Shown one piece after another: positions 30,861-40,461 of a stretch of DNA of 64,000 nt (position 1 is its first letter; every line of letters begins with the position of its first letter). Below the pieces are notes generated by a model. That model did not search any database and was not told the origin of the DNA. It saw only the letters and a program-made list of their open reading frames with translations. This stretch comes from Vulcanimicrobiota bacterium (GTDB lineage: Bacteria; Vulcanimicrobiota; Vulcanimicrobiia; Vulcanimicrobiales; Vulcanimicrobiaceae): the NCBI GenBank assembly GCA_963833095.1, contig CAWHWQ010000004.1:160001-224000 (forward strand), read 5' to 3'. The position numbers and the translations under genes are program-made.

Positions 30861-33800
30861 TACGCGCTAATCGCCGCGCCCGTACGGTCAACGCTTCGGC
30901 GCGAAGTCGCTCGGCGACATCGCTCGATCCCATCGACGCCGCATCGAGGGCGAGCGTTTCGAGCGCGACGTCGGCATCGAGCGGCGCGCTCGCACGCTGC
31001 AGCAGCGCGGTTGCCGCTTGCGCGATGCGTTCCCGCGCGTCAGCCGCGCCCGATCGCGCGGCGAGGCGCGCAATCGCCGATTCCCGGGTGAGGCTCATAC
31101 CGAACAGGTTGGGCGCGGGGGGATCGAGCGGCAGCATCAACGTTTCCTCGTGCACGCGTGCGAGGTCTTTGCGACCGCCGCGTCCGAGCAACGCTTCGAT
31201 CAGATGCAAGCGCGCAAACCCGCGACGGCTATATCCATCGGCCAGCGGATTGTGCAGCATTGCCTCTGCATGCGCGAGTGCCGCGTCCCAATTCCCTTCC
31301 GCGCGGGCATTCGTCGCAGCTTGTGCTGCAAACGCGAAGTAGATGAGCGGAAGAATCATACCGCTGCGCAGTGCCGTCGGAACGTGCTTGGAATGCAGGG
31401 CGACCGAGGTCGGTTCGAGTTCGCGGCTCGCCTCAGCGAGCCGGCCGCGCAGGTAGTGCAGCGATGAGCGACGGATGCCGACCATGGCCACAAACTGCGG
31501 GCTCGCGCCATGCACGATCGCGCTCGCTTCGTCGGCGACGCGCTCGGCCTCGTCGAGATGCAGCCAGACGCACGCGGCGGCGACGAAGCGTTCGCGCGCG
31601 GCACAGCGCGCGTCGACGATGCCCAAACGGTCGCTCACAGCAATCGTCTCGCGCGATACGTCGAGCGCGCCTTCGTCCCCGAGATACTGAAGGCAGAGCG
31701 ATCGATGCGTCAATGCATAGGCGATCTGCTCGTCGTCACCGAGCGCTCGCGAGAGCGCAAGAGCTTCGTCGATGCCACCCAGGGCGGCGGCAGGGTCGCC
31801 CATCTCCATGATCGACCACGCACGGCGCGCGAGCGCGCGCGCAAGCAGGAGCGAATCGTCGGTCTTTCGCGCGTGAATGACGCGCTGGTTTGCGTGATCG
31901 AGCGCTGCCTCCCGAGCGCCGCGTTCTTCCTGGGCCCGCGCGCCAATCTCGTGCAAGGCCGCGGCCGCAGCGTTCATCGCGGGGGAATCGAGCAGTTCTC
32001 GTGCAAGCTCGATTCCCGCTTCGACACAGAGCAAAGCGTCGCGCCAGGCGTTAGCGGTCAACATCGCCGCAGCCGCGAGTGCGTAGGCTTCTGCCGCGGC
32101 AAGCGTCTGACCACCGGCGCGCAGATGCTGCGCTCGGCGTACGACCGATTCACGTCGCGCATCCCCCGCGAGACGCTCCGCAAAGGCCACGTGCAGCCGC
32201 GCGCGGCGGCCACTGTTCAAGCAGCTTGCAGCCGTCTCACGAATGATATCGTGGGCGAAACGGAACTCTGAGCCGTGCTCGTCCGGTTCGATGAGCGAAA
32301 GCGAAAGCAGCGTGTCGATCGCGTCGAAGGTTCGGCTTTCGCCGAATCCACAGACGGCAACGAGATCGTCGGCCGAGGCGCGTACATCGAGCGCGAGGGC
32401 GCAGGCGACCGTGGCGGCGTCCTCACCATACGCGTATAGCCGGGCTTCGATATGTTCGCGAAGATCGCGCGGCACCGCGGCGTCGAGTGAGGATTGGGTT
32501 CGTTTCCAGTCACCTGCGTCGGTGCGCCGGAGGTGGCCATCGTGGGCGAGCGATTCAAAGAGTCGGCTTGCAAAGAACGGATTGCCGCCCGACCGCGCGT
32601 GGATGAAACGGGCGATTGGCTCCGCATCGTCGGGCGCGATTCGGCGAAGTCCCTCGTAGATCTCGCCGTGACTGAGCGGCGAAAGATCGATGCGCGTCGC
32701 GTCGCTGATCTGCGGGAGAAGCGCGCGCAAGCCTTCGGGCCGCGTGGCCATGATGAGGCCGAGTCCGTTCGGCCGGCGTTGCGCAAGCTGGATCAAGACA
32801 GCGATCGCATCGCCGCGTAGATATTGCGCGTCGTCGACGAAGAAACAACTCCGCTTGCCGGCGGCTTTAAGCAGCGCCGTCGAGAGCGCCGTGGCATCAC
32901 CGGCGACGTCCGATTCGGCAAACGGGGTCCCGGTCATGGAATCGTGCACTTCGGTCCACGGGCCAAACGGCCGCGCATCATCCTCCACACCGTTCACGTT
33001 GACGGCATAGAGTTTCAACCGTCGCGCCGCGAACATCGCGTGCTGCAGCATCGCGCTCTTTCCGGCGCCGGGTTCAGCGCTAAGCAACAGCGTCACGCGA
33101 CCGCCGCTAAGCACGCGGCGCAGCGATCCGTCGATCGAGGAAAGGGCTTGTACTCTGCCACAGAACGGCAATTTCGGTTCATCGCCGGCCGGTTGCATGT
33201 CGACGAAACGCGCTTCGAACGCGAGCGACGGTTCCGCATCGAGTTCGGCGAGAACCGCACGATAGCGATTGGCAACAGCGGTAGCAGAGGCGCGGCGGCC
33301 GTGCGCGATCTCATTTGCAGCAACGAGATCGTACGGCGCCTCGGCCATCGTTCCCCGATCGATCAAGATGCGAGCGCTGCGCAGGTCGCGATCGACATCG
33401 ACGCTCTCGCCCAAGAGCGCTTCGAAGATTGCATCGGCGCGCTCGCGCGTCGCGATCGCCCAATCGCTATAGTCGCCATCAAGGAAGTCACCGCGATAAA
33501 GTTCGATCGCCGATCGGCGAACCTCCCAGCGCTCGTCATTTGCGCGCGACTCGAACTCCGCGACGTCGAGCGTCACCTCGCCGAGCCACGATAGACGAGT
33601 CTTGTTCGCGGTTAGCATCGTATCGGGATCGACGCCGGCCTCGCGCAACGATCGGCGTATCGACCAAAGCGAAGTATTGAGATTCGAACGGCCGCGCTCG
33701 GGCTCCAAATCGGACCAGAAGAGTTCGACGACGCGTTCGCGTGCGATCTCCATTCCGCGATTCCATACGAGATAGGTCAACAGCGCGCGGCTTTTCTGGG

Positions 33801-33876
33801 TCGGCGGTACGGGACACTCGCGCTCGTCGCGGCAAAACCGGAACGCGCCAAGGGTCTGCAGCGACCATGCGCTCAT
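30808..33876 (-). CDS. SARP/BTAD-AAA-TPR transcriptional regulator
   Basis: N-terminal wHTH/BTAD (LYRGDFL..DW), AEPGAGKS, GGNPFF, FAHDIIRE. Confidence 0.82.
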   Translation of the reverse strand: MSAWSLQTLGAFRFCRDERECPVPPTQKSRALLTYLVWNRGMEIARERVVELFWSDLEPERGRSNLNTSLWSIRRSLREAGVDPDTMLTANKTRLSWLGEVTLDVAEFESRANDERWEVRRSAIELYRGDFLDGDYSDWAIATRERADAIFEALLGESVDVDRDLRSARILIDRGTMAEAPYDLVAANEIAHGRRASATAVANRYRAVLAELDAEPSLAFEARFVDMQPAGDEPKLPFCGRVQALSSIDGSLRRVLSGGRVTLLLSAEPGAGKSAMLQHAMFAARRLKLYAVNVNGVEDDARPFGPWTEVHDSMTGTPFAESDVAGDATALSTALLKAAGKRSCFFVDDAQYLRGDAIAVLIQLAQRRPNGLGLIMATRPEGLRALLPQISDATRIDLSPLSHGEIYEGLRRIAPDDAEPIARFIHARSGGNPFFASRLFESLAHDGHLRRTDAGDWKRTQSSLDAAVPRDLREHIEARLYAYGEDAATVACALALDVRASADDLVAVCGFGESRTFDAIDTLLSLSLIEPDEHGSEFRFAHDIIRETAASCLNSGRRARLHVAFAERLAGDARRESVVRRAQHLRAGGQTLAAAEAYALAAAAMLTANAWRDALLCVEAGIELARELLDSPAMNAAAAALHEIGARAQEERGAREAALDHANQRVIHARKTDDSLLLARALARRAWSIMEMGDPAAALGGIDEALALSRALGDDEQIAYALTHRSLCLQYLGDEGALDVSRETIAVSDRLGIVDARCAARERFVAAACVWLHLDEAERVADEASAIVHGASPQFVAMVGIRRSSLHYLRGRLAEASRELEPTSVALHSKHVPTALRSGMILPLIYFAFAAQAATNARAEGNWDAALAHAEAMLHNPLADGYSRRGFARLHLIEALLGRGGRKDLARVHEETLMLPLDPPAPNLFGMSLTRESAIARLAARSGAADARERIAQAATALLQRASAPLDADVALETLALDAASMGSSDVAERLRAEALTVRARRLARTTPAVAEANARARAHRQ

Positions 33877-33891
33877 TGCGTACGAAGCCCC

Positions 33892-34896
33892 TTATTGCTT
33901 AGGTTCATCCGGGCGGGCGCCCCCAACTTTGAGCACAACACGGCCTTGCGCCGTCCGGTCGAGTACGGTTTGCATCGCGTCTTTGAATTGCTCCAAGGGA
34001 AAAACAGCGCCCACGTGCGGCTTGAGTTTGCCTTGGGCGATCCATGCGAAAATCTGCTCGTCGGCGGCGATGCTCGCTTCGCGATAGCGCTCGGCCCACG
34101 CGCCCCAAAAGACGCCGACGATCGAATAGTTCTTGAGCAGCAGCAGATTCATCGGGACCGACGGGATCTCGCCGCTTGCAAAGCCGATCGGCAGCATCCG
34201 TCCACCCCAGTTCATGAGTCGCGTCATGGTGGTGAACACGTCGCCGCCGACGACGTCGAAGAAGACGTCCACGCCCTTGCCGCCGGTTACCGCCTTGATG
34301 CGTTCGCGCAAATCCTCGTGAAGGTAGTCGATCACTTCTTCTGCGCCGTGTTCGCGCACGATTCCAACCTTCTCTTGCGAACTCACGCCGGCGATGACCC
34401 GCGCTCCGAGACTGCGCGCTAAGTCCACGGCCGCAAGCCCGACGCCGCCCGCCGCGCCCGAGACAAACACCGTTTCCCCAGCCGCAAGCTTCGCGCGTTC
34501 CACGAACGCATAGTATGCGGTGCCGTAGCCGTGTCGCACGGTCGTTCCCGTGACGAAGTCGACGCTGGGTGGCAGTTGCACCGCCGAGAGCTGCGAGGCG
34601 ATCATCTGCGGTGAATAGGCGCCAGTCCAATTGCTGCAGGCGACGCGGTCTCCCGGTTGAAAGCGCGTGACGCCGTCGCCCACGGCGGCAACGATGCCGG
34701 CGGCGTCGGTGCCCGGGACGAATGGCGTCTGCGGCCGCAACTGATATTTGCCCGCCACCAGGAGACAGTCCATGAAATTTACCGCTGCGGCATGGACCTG
34801 CACGAGGATCTCTCCCGCCCCCGGTTTGGGCGCGGGCATTTCGCCAAACTCCAAATCATCGATTCCGCTAAACGACCGGCACACAACGGCATCCAT
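33892..34896 (-). CDS. NADPH:quinone oxidoreductase (MDR family)
   Basis: GKYQ..P..PFVPG, GAAGGVG, GFASG. Confidence 0.88.
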   Translation of the reverse strand: MDAVVCRSFSGIDDLEFGEMPAPKPGAGEILVQVHAAAVNFMDCLLVAGKYQLRPQTPFVPGTDAAGIVAAVGDGVTRFQPGDRVACSNWTGAYSPQMIASQLSAVQLPPSVDFVTGTTVRHGYGTAYYAFVERAKLAAGETVFVSGAAGGVGLAAVDLARSLGARVIAGVSSQEKVGIVREHGAEEVIDYLHEDLRERIKAVTGGKGVDVFFDVVGGDVFTTMTRLMNWGGRMLPIGFASGEIPSVPMNLLLLKNYSIVGVFWGAWAERYREASIAADEQIFAWIAQGKLKPHVGAVFPLEQFKDAMQTVLDRTAQGRVVLKVGGARPDEPKQ

Positions 34897-34955
34897 AGCG
34901 ACCGTCTTTCGCGGCAGGTAGGTTGATTCCGGTCGGCGTGGGGAACAGGTGATGT

Positions 34956-35810
34956 GTGGACACCTCAACTCAGCCCGAAACCGTGCTGCGCCTTCGCGTT
35001 GGCTGCGCGCTTTCGTTTGAGTTCGAGTACCCGACGCCGGCAGTCTTTCTCGTGCGTCCCGAAGACGGTGGACGCCATCACCTAATTCGCGAGCAGTGGA
35101 CGACGCAACCGGATGCGGCGTATCACGACTACACCGATCTGTTCGGCAACGCGTGCCGGCGCGTTACCCTGCCGCAAGGCGATGTCTCGCTGCGCTACGA
35201 TGCGATCGTGCAGACGTCCCGAGAACTCGACGCGGTTGATTGGAACGTGGAGCAACATCTCGTGCAGGATCTGCCCGACGACGTGCTCGTCTACACCTTG
35301 CCCAGCCGCTACTGTCTCTCCGACGTCTTGGTCGACCGCGCGGCGCAGCTCTTCGGTTCGGCTCCGCGCGGGCGCGGCTGCGTGCAGGCGATCTGCGACT
35401 GGGTGAACGCGCACGTCACGTTCACCGCCGGGACAAGCTCGCAGCTCACGACCTCGGTCGACGTGCTCGAAAGCGGGCGCGGCGTGTGCCGCGACTACGC
35501 GCACTTAGCGATCACGTTTTGCCGCGCGATGAATATCCCGGCGCGCTACGTCTTCGGGTATCTCCCCGACCTCGACGTGCCGCCGCCCTATCCCACGATG
35601 GACTTTTGCGCGTGGTTTGAAGCGTATCTGGGTGGAATGTGGTGGACGTTCGACCCGCGCAATAACGGGCCGCGCAAGGGGCGCATTCGCGTCGCGCTCG
35701 GGCGCGACGCGCTGGATGTGGCCATGCTCACGACCTATGGCCCCTCGCAATTCAAAACTATGAGCGTTTGGGCCGATGAAGTTAAGGATGGCGGAAAACC
35801 GGCTGGATAG
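34956..35810 (+). CDS. Transglutaminase-like protein
   Basis: LPSRYC, GVCRDYAH, IPARYVFGY, FDPRNN, GRDALDV. Confidence 0.88.
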   Translation: MDTSTQPETVLRLRVGCALSFEFEYPTPAVFLVRPEDGGRHHLIREQWTTQPDAAYHDYTDLFGNACRRVTLPQGDVSLRYDAIVQTSRELDAVDWNVEQHLVQDLPDDVLVYTLPSRYCLSDVLVDRAAQLFGSAPRGRGCVQAICDWVNAHVTFTAGTSSQLTTSVDVLESGRGVCRDYAHLAITFCRAMNIPARYVFGYLPDLDVPPPYPTMDFCAWFEAYLGGMWWTFDPRNNGPRKGRIRVALGRDALDVAMLTTYGPSQFKTMSVWADEVKDGGKPAG

Positions 35811-36693
35811 CGGCGACATCGGACACGTCGAGTTCCTCGACGAAAGCACCGTCGACTGGACGTCCGTCAGCGACGTTACCTACATCATCCACCAGCACAT
35901 CCGCTATAAGTATCCCGGGCCGATCGCCGACCTGCGGCAGCGTCTGATGATCTCTCCGCGGGACGGTCACGGCGGTCAGCGCCGTATCGTGCAGCGGCTC
36001 GACGTTTTTCCGCAGATGCCGGCGCACACGCACCATGACGCCTTTGGGAACAGTGTCATCGCGATGGCCGTTCCGCAGCTCGATTTCGGCATCGATTTCG
36101 AATACTGGGCAATCGTCGAACGCGACGCCTGGGTAACCGAACATCGTGAAAGGCACGGCGTCTTGGGAATGCGCAGCCTAATCCAACCGAGTTTGCTCAC
36201 CCGCGCCGACTCGAACCTGCGTGAAGTCGCGGGACTCCTGCGCGCGGCGCATCGCGATCCGCTCGAGCTCGCTCACGCGATCAATCACTTCGTGTTCACC
36301 TACATGACCTACGCCTTCGGCGTTACCGACGTTCACACGACGGCCGCCGCAGCCTTCATTCTCGGCAAAGGCGTCTGCCAGGATTACGCGCACGTGATGC
36401 TGGCCATCGCGCGCCATTGCGGCCTTGCGGCACGCTACGTCTCGGGCCATCTGCTAGGTGAGGGCGGGACGCACGCGTGGGTAGAGATCATGCTTCCCGA
36501 TGGCGACCATGCGCGGGTCATCGCGTTCGATCCCACCCACGACCGCGTCGTGACGATGAAGTATATCGTCGTCGCCGTTGGGCGCGACTATGCCGACGTC
36601 GCACCGACGTCAGGGGTCTTCATCGCGCCCTTCGCCGGCGAACTCACGGTGCGCAAGCGCGTTGGTCTTACCGAGGTCCGTTACGCCGCCTAG
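35788..36693 (+). CDS. Transglutaminase-like protein
   Basis: GVCQDYAH, ARYVSG, HAWVE, FDPT, GRDYADV. Confidence 0.88.
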   Translation: MAENRLDSGDIGHVEFLDESTVDWTSVSDVTYIIHQHIRYKYPGPIADLRQRLMISPRDGHGGQRRIVQRLDVFPQMPAHTHHDAFGNSVIAMAVPQLDFGIDFEYWAIVERDAWVTEHRERHGVLGMRSLIQPSLLTRADSNLREVAGLLRAAHRDPLELAHAINHFVFTYMTYAFGVTDVHTTAAAAFILGKGVCQDYAHVMLAIARHCGLAARYVSGHLLGEGGTHAWVEIMLPDGDHARVIAFDPTHDRVVTMKYIVVAVGRDYADVAPTSGVFIAPFAGELTVRKRVGLTEVRYAA

Positions 36694-36700
36694 CGCTCAT

Positions 36701-37155
36701 CTTGTCATCCCGAGCGTAGCGCAGCGTCCCTTTGTCATCCCGAGCGTAGCGCAGCGTCCCTTTGTCATCCCGAGCGTAGCGAAGCGTAGTCGAGGGACCG
36801 CCGCAACCAGTCACCCTGAGCTTGTCGAAGGGCGCGTCCCTTTGTCATCCCGAGCGTAGCGCAGCGTCCCTTTGTCATCCCGAGCGTAGCGAAAGCGTAG
36901 TCGAGGGACCGCCGCAACCAGTCACCCTGAGCTTGTCGAAGGGCGCGTCCCTTTGTCATCCCGAGCGTAGCGCAGCGTCCCTTTGTCATCCCGAGCGTAG
37001 CGCAGCGTCCCTTTGTCATCCCGAGCGTAGCGCAGCGTCCCTTTGTCATCCCGAGCGTAGCGAAGCGTAGTCGAGGGACCGCCGCAACCAGTCACCCTGA
37101 GGTGCCACACTGAGGCGCGACCTGAAAGGTCGCCTCGAAGTGGAGCCTCGAAGGG
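36701..37155 (+). repeat. Mosaic tandem REP-like array
   Basis: Nine TGTCATCCCGAG units and three GTCACCCTGAG units; no unique spacers. Confidence 0.92.
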
Positions 37156-37161
37156 TGCTCT

Positions 37162-39201
37162 ATGAGTACGGCGCGCGACGGAGTGTACTTTCGGGCCTGC
37201 AACCTTTGCGAGGCAATCTGCGGCCTGAAAATCACGGTTGAGCATGGGGCCATCGCCGATCTGCGCGGCGACCCGGACGATCCGCTTTCGCGCGGCGCGA
37301 TCTGCCCGAAAGCAACCGCACTGATCGATCTGCATTCCGATCCAAATCGTTTGCGCGTCCCGCATCGCCGCGTCGGCGACCGCTTTGAACCGATCGCCTG
37401 GGACGAAGCCTTCGATCTCGTCGCCTCGCGTCTGCGCGACATCGACGATCGGCTGGGTGGGGACGCGATCGCCACGTACCTCGGCAATCCGACCGTGCAC
37501 AACAGCGGCTCGTTGCTCAGCTCGAGCGGCTTCCTGCGGTTACTGCGCACGCGCAATCGCTTCAGCGCAACCAGCGTCGATCAGTTGCCCCACCACGTCG
37601 CGGCGACGCATATGTTCGGCCATCCGATGCTGTTGCCGGTGCCCGACGTCGATCGCACCGATTTCTTTTTGATCATGGGCGCAAACCCGCTGGTCAGCAA
37701 CGGCAGCATCATGACCGCGCCAGGTATGCGCGAGCGCTTGCGCGCGATTGGCGATCGTGGCGGTCGCGTCGTCGTCATCGATCCTCGGCGCAACGAAACG
37801 GCCAAGGCCGCGCACGAACATCACTTCGTGCGACCGGGAGCGGACGCGTTCGTGCTGCTCGCGCTAATCCACGTCATCTTCGAAGAGCGCCGCGAACGCC
37901 TGGGACGACTCGCCGATCGCTACGACGGCCTCGCGCAATTGCGCGACATCGCCGCGCGCTTTTCGCCTCAGCGCGTCAGCGCGCACACCGGCATCGCCGC
38001 CGCAACGCTGCGTTCGCTGGCCCGCGCATTTAGCGCTGCGCCGCGCGCGGTCGCCTATGGACGCGTCGGGCTCTCGACGCAAGCCTTCGGCGGGCTGTGT
38101 CAGTGGTTGGTGAACGTGCTCAATGCCGTCACCGGCAATCTCGACGAACCCGGTGGCGCAATGTGGCCTGCGCCGGCATACGACATGTTGTTGGGCAGCA
38201 AGCCCGGCGACGTTCACGAGGGGCGTTGGCACTCACGCGTGCGCAACTATCCCGAATTCAACGGCGAGCTGCCGGTCGCGACGCTGCTCGATGAGATGGA
38301 AACGCCGGGCGAAGGCCAGGTCCGCGCGTTCGTCACGGTCGCGGGCAATCCCGTGCTCTCAACGCCGAACGGCGCGCGTCTCGCGCAAGCGCTCGCGCGG
38401 CTCGACTTCATGGTTTCGATCGATCCCTACATCAATGAGACAACGCGCCACGCGCACGTGATCCTTCCGCCGGCGACCGGACTGGAAACCGATCACTACG
38501 ATGTCGTCTTCCATCACTTCGCGGTACGAAACACGGCGCGCATGAACCGCGCCGTTTTCGAGATCGACTCGACGCAGCGTTACGACTGGCAGATCTTTGC
38601 CGAACTCGCGCTGCGTTTGCGCGGCAAGAGCCTTACCCACCCCAACGAGCGCCTCGAGGCGGGCTTGCAACACGGCCCACGCGCAACGAGTATCGACGCG
38701 CTCCTTGCGCATCCGCACGGCATCGACTTTGGGCCGATGGAGCCATGCATGCCGCAGCGGCTCCTTACGGCGAAAGGACGCATCGATTTGGTTCCTCAAC
38801 CTTTTGCAGCCGACGTCAGCCGGCTCGAAGCGCAACTCGACGGGCCGCAACCCGAATTCGTTTTGATCGGACGCCGCTCGCTGCGTACCAACAATTCATG
38901 GATGAACGACCTCAAGCGGCTTAACCGCGGTGCAGACCCCTGCGTGCTTCTCATGAACGATGAAGACGCGCGCGATCGCGGCGTCGAGAGCGGCGCAACA
39001 ATCGAACTCACGACCCAAACCGGCAGCATCGGCGTGACCGTCGATCTGACGCCGGATCTTATGCGCGGCGTCGTGTGCTTGCCGCACGGCTTCGCGCGCG
39101 CAAACTATAATGAAATCATTGGAGACGATGTGGACGTGCTGACCGGCAATGCCGCACTCAACGGCGTAGCGGTCCATCTGACCTTGTCATCCCGAGCGTA
39201 G
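37162..39201 (+). CDS. Molybdopterin oxidoreductase catalytic subunit (4Fe-4S)
   Basis: CNLCEAIC...C cluster motif; GANPLVSNGS; NETT..A..ILP; NNSW. Confidence 0.88.
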   Translation: MSTARDGVYFRACNLCEAICGLKITVEHGAIADLRGDPDDPLSRGAICPKATALIDLHSDPNRLRVPHRRVGDRFEPIAWDEAFDLVASRLRDIDDRLGGDAIATYLGNPTVHNSGSLLSSSGFLRLLRTRNRFSATSVDQLPHHVAATHMFGHPMLLPVPDVDRTDFFLIMGANPLVSNGSIMTAPGMRERLRAIGDRGGRVVVIDPRRNETAKAAHEHHFVRPGADAFVLLALIHVIFEERRERLGRLADRYDGLAQLRDIAARFSPQRVSAHTGIAAATLRSLARAFSAAPRAVAYGRVGLSTQAFGGLCQWLVNVLNAVTGNLDEPGGAMWPAPAYDMLLGSKPGDVHEGRWHSRVRNYPEFNGELPVATLLDEMETPGEGQVRAFVTVAGNPVLSTPNGARLAQALARLDFMVSIDPYINETTRHAHVILPPATGLETDHYDVVFHHFAVRNTARMNRAVFEIDSTQRYDWQIFAELALRLRGKSLTHPNERLEAGLQHGPRATSIDALLAHPHGIDFGPMEPCMPQRLLTAKGRIDLVPQPFAADVSRLEAQLDGPQPEFVLIGRRSLRTNNSWMNDLKRLNRGADPCVLLMNDEDARDRGVESGATIELTTQTGSIGVTVDLTPDLMRGVVCLPHGFARANYNEIIGDDVDVLTGNAALNGVAVHLTLSSRA

Positions 39202-39243
39202 TGGGTGAACGCTTGCGTTCACCCGCGTAGTCGAGGGACCGCA
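39184..39243 (+). repeat. REP-like unit overlapping a stop codon
   Basis: TTGTCATCCCGAGCGTAG-GGGTGAACGC hairpin-TCGAGGGACCGCA. Confidence 0.85.
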
Positions 39244-39244
39244 G

Positions 39245-39853
39245 TCACCGTGGGCTTGTCGATGCGCTAAGATCAAGAAACGCGGCTGTTGCATCGTGGG
39301 CACGCTTTTCGATCTCGCGCGGACTCGGTGGTTTCGCGACACCGAGTAATAAGTTTACGTGCAAATCGCCGAACAGTAACGCGGCAAAAAGCCTGGCAAG
39401 TTCCGGCGGACTTCCCTCGAGCAGCCCTGACTTCTTCGCTTGGGTCATGATGCTTCGCAAGGCGACGCGCCGGGTCTCGCGCGCAATCGAATCGAGCGTC
39501 TGCGCAACCTCGGGCGCGCGCGGCGCCTCGGCGATTGCCAATCGAAAAGCCGCAACAACCGTTGGGTCGCTGACTTCGCGCACGAGCTGAGATCCATAGG
39601 ACACCAGCACCTGCTCGAGCGTCCTGCGATCGCGTACGATCGGCAACTCCGCCGGCATATGGAGACGCTTTGCGCGTGCGCGAATACAGGCGGTCAACAT
39701 CTCTTGCTTGTCGCCTACGAGCGCATAAAGCTCGCGCTTTGAGACGTGCGCCCGTGCGGCGATCTCGGCGGTGCTGGTTGCCGCAAAGCCGGCGTCGGTG
39801 AACGCTGCAAAGGCAGCCTCGAGGATGCGGTCTCGAATCGCGTCGTCGCCCAT
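39245..39853 (-). CDS. TetR family regulator
   Basis: RILEAA, GFAATS, VSKRELY. Confidence 0.85.
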   Translation of the reverse strand: MGDDAIRDRILEAAFAAFTDAGFAATSTAEIAARAHVSKRELYALVGDKQEMLTACIRARAKRLHMPAELPIVRDRRTLEQVLVSYGSQLVREVSDPTVVAAFRLAIAEAPRAPEVAQTLDSIARETRRVALRSIMTQAKKSGLLEGSPPELARLFAALLFGDLHVNLLLGVAKPPSPREIEKRAHDATAAFLDLSASTSPR

Positions 39854-39864
39854 TTCGCCCTCCC

Positions 39865-39924
39865 TTGACAACTAATGGTACCACGCAGTACCATAATCAC
39901 CTGTTGGTACCTGCTGGTACCAAC
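39865..39924. promoter_or_regulatory. Promoter with twin TGGTAC-N6-GTACCA operators
   Basis: TTGACA-18-TACCAT; palindromes at 39875-39894 and 39903-39924. Confidence 0.7.
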
Positions 39925-39942
39925 TCGAAAGGACGACGCCTC

Positions 39943-40461
39943 ATGCCGCCGCAAGTCATTTTCCTCACGCAACTCGTCTTGGGCTACGTCGCGTGTCTGC
40001 TGCTCATCGGCGGCTACGCTTGGCCCAGACTCAAGTCGATGGATCGCGTCGATGCGCTTCGCGCGATCGCGACCTTCCACAGCTTCCGATTCTTTGGCCT
40101 CGTCTTCATTCTGCCCGGCGTGGTGGGAGCGAACTTGCCCGCGGCCTTCGCGACGGGTGCGGCGTACGGCGATTTTGCAACAGGCGTGCTTGCGCTGCTC
40201 GCGCTACTCACGGTACGGATGCGCGCGCTCTTCTGGTTCTTCACGGTTGCGTTTAATCTGGTGGGTGCGGCCGACATTCTTCTCGACTACTATCACGGCA
40301 TCCAAAGCGGTCTTCCCAACGTCGCGGGACAATTGGGCGTCGGATATGCGATCGTGATCATCTACGTGCCGGCGCTGATGATCACGCATGTCGTCGCGTT
40401 GTACTTACTGACGCGCCCCTCTACTCGCGCGGCTTTGGCGAGGGCGGCATCGCCGCTTTGA
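39943..40461 (+). CDS. Integral membrane hypothetical protein
   Basis: About 5 TM segments; HSFRFFG, AYGD, YVPALMITH. Confidence 0.7.
   Translation: MPPQVIFLTQLVLGYVACLLLIGGYAWPRLKSMDRVDALRAIATFHSFRFFGLVFILPGVVGANLPAAFATGAAYGDFATGVLALLALLTVRMRALFWFFTVAFNLVGAADILLDYYHGIQSGLPNVAGQLGVGYAIVIIYVPALMITHVVALYLLTRPSTRAALARAASPL

Noticed and set aside
36578..37070. Repeat-peptide ORFs (CHPERS, MTKGRCATLG, VIPSVA)
   Set aside because: Translations of the REP array in several frames, without start signals.
36701..37155. CRISPR array
   Set aside because: Units abut without unique spacers, the same units are dispersed across the window, and there are no cas genes.
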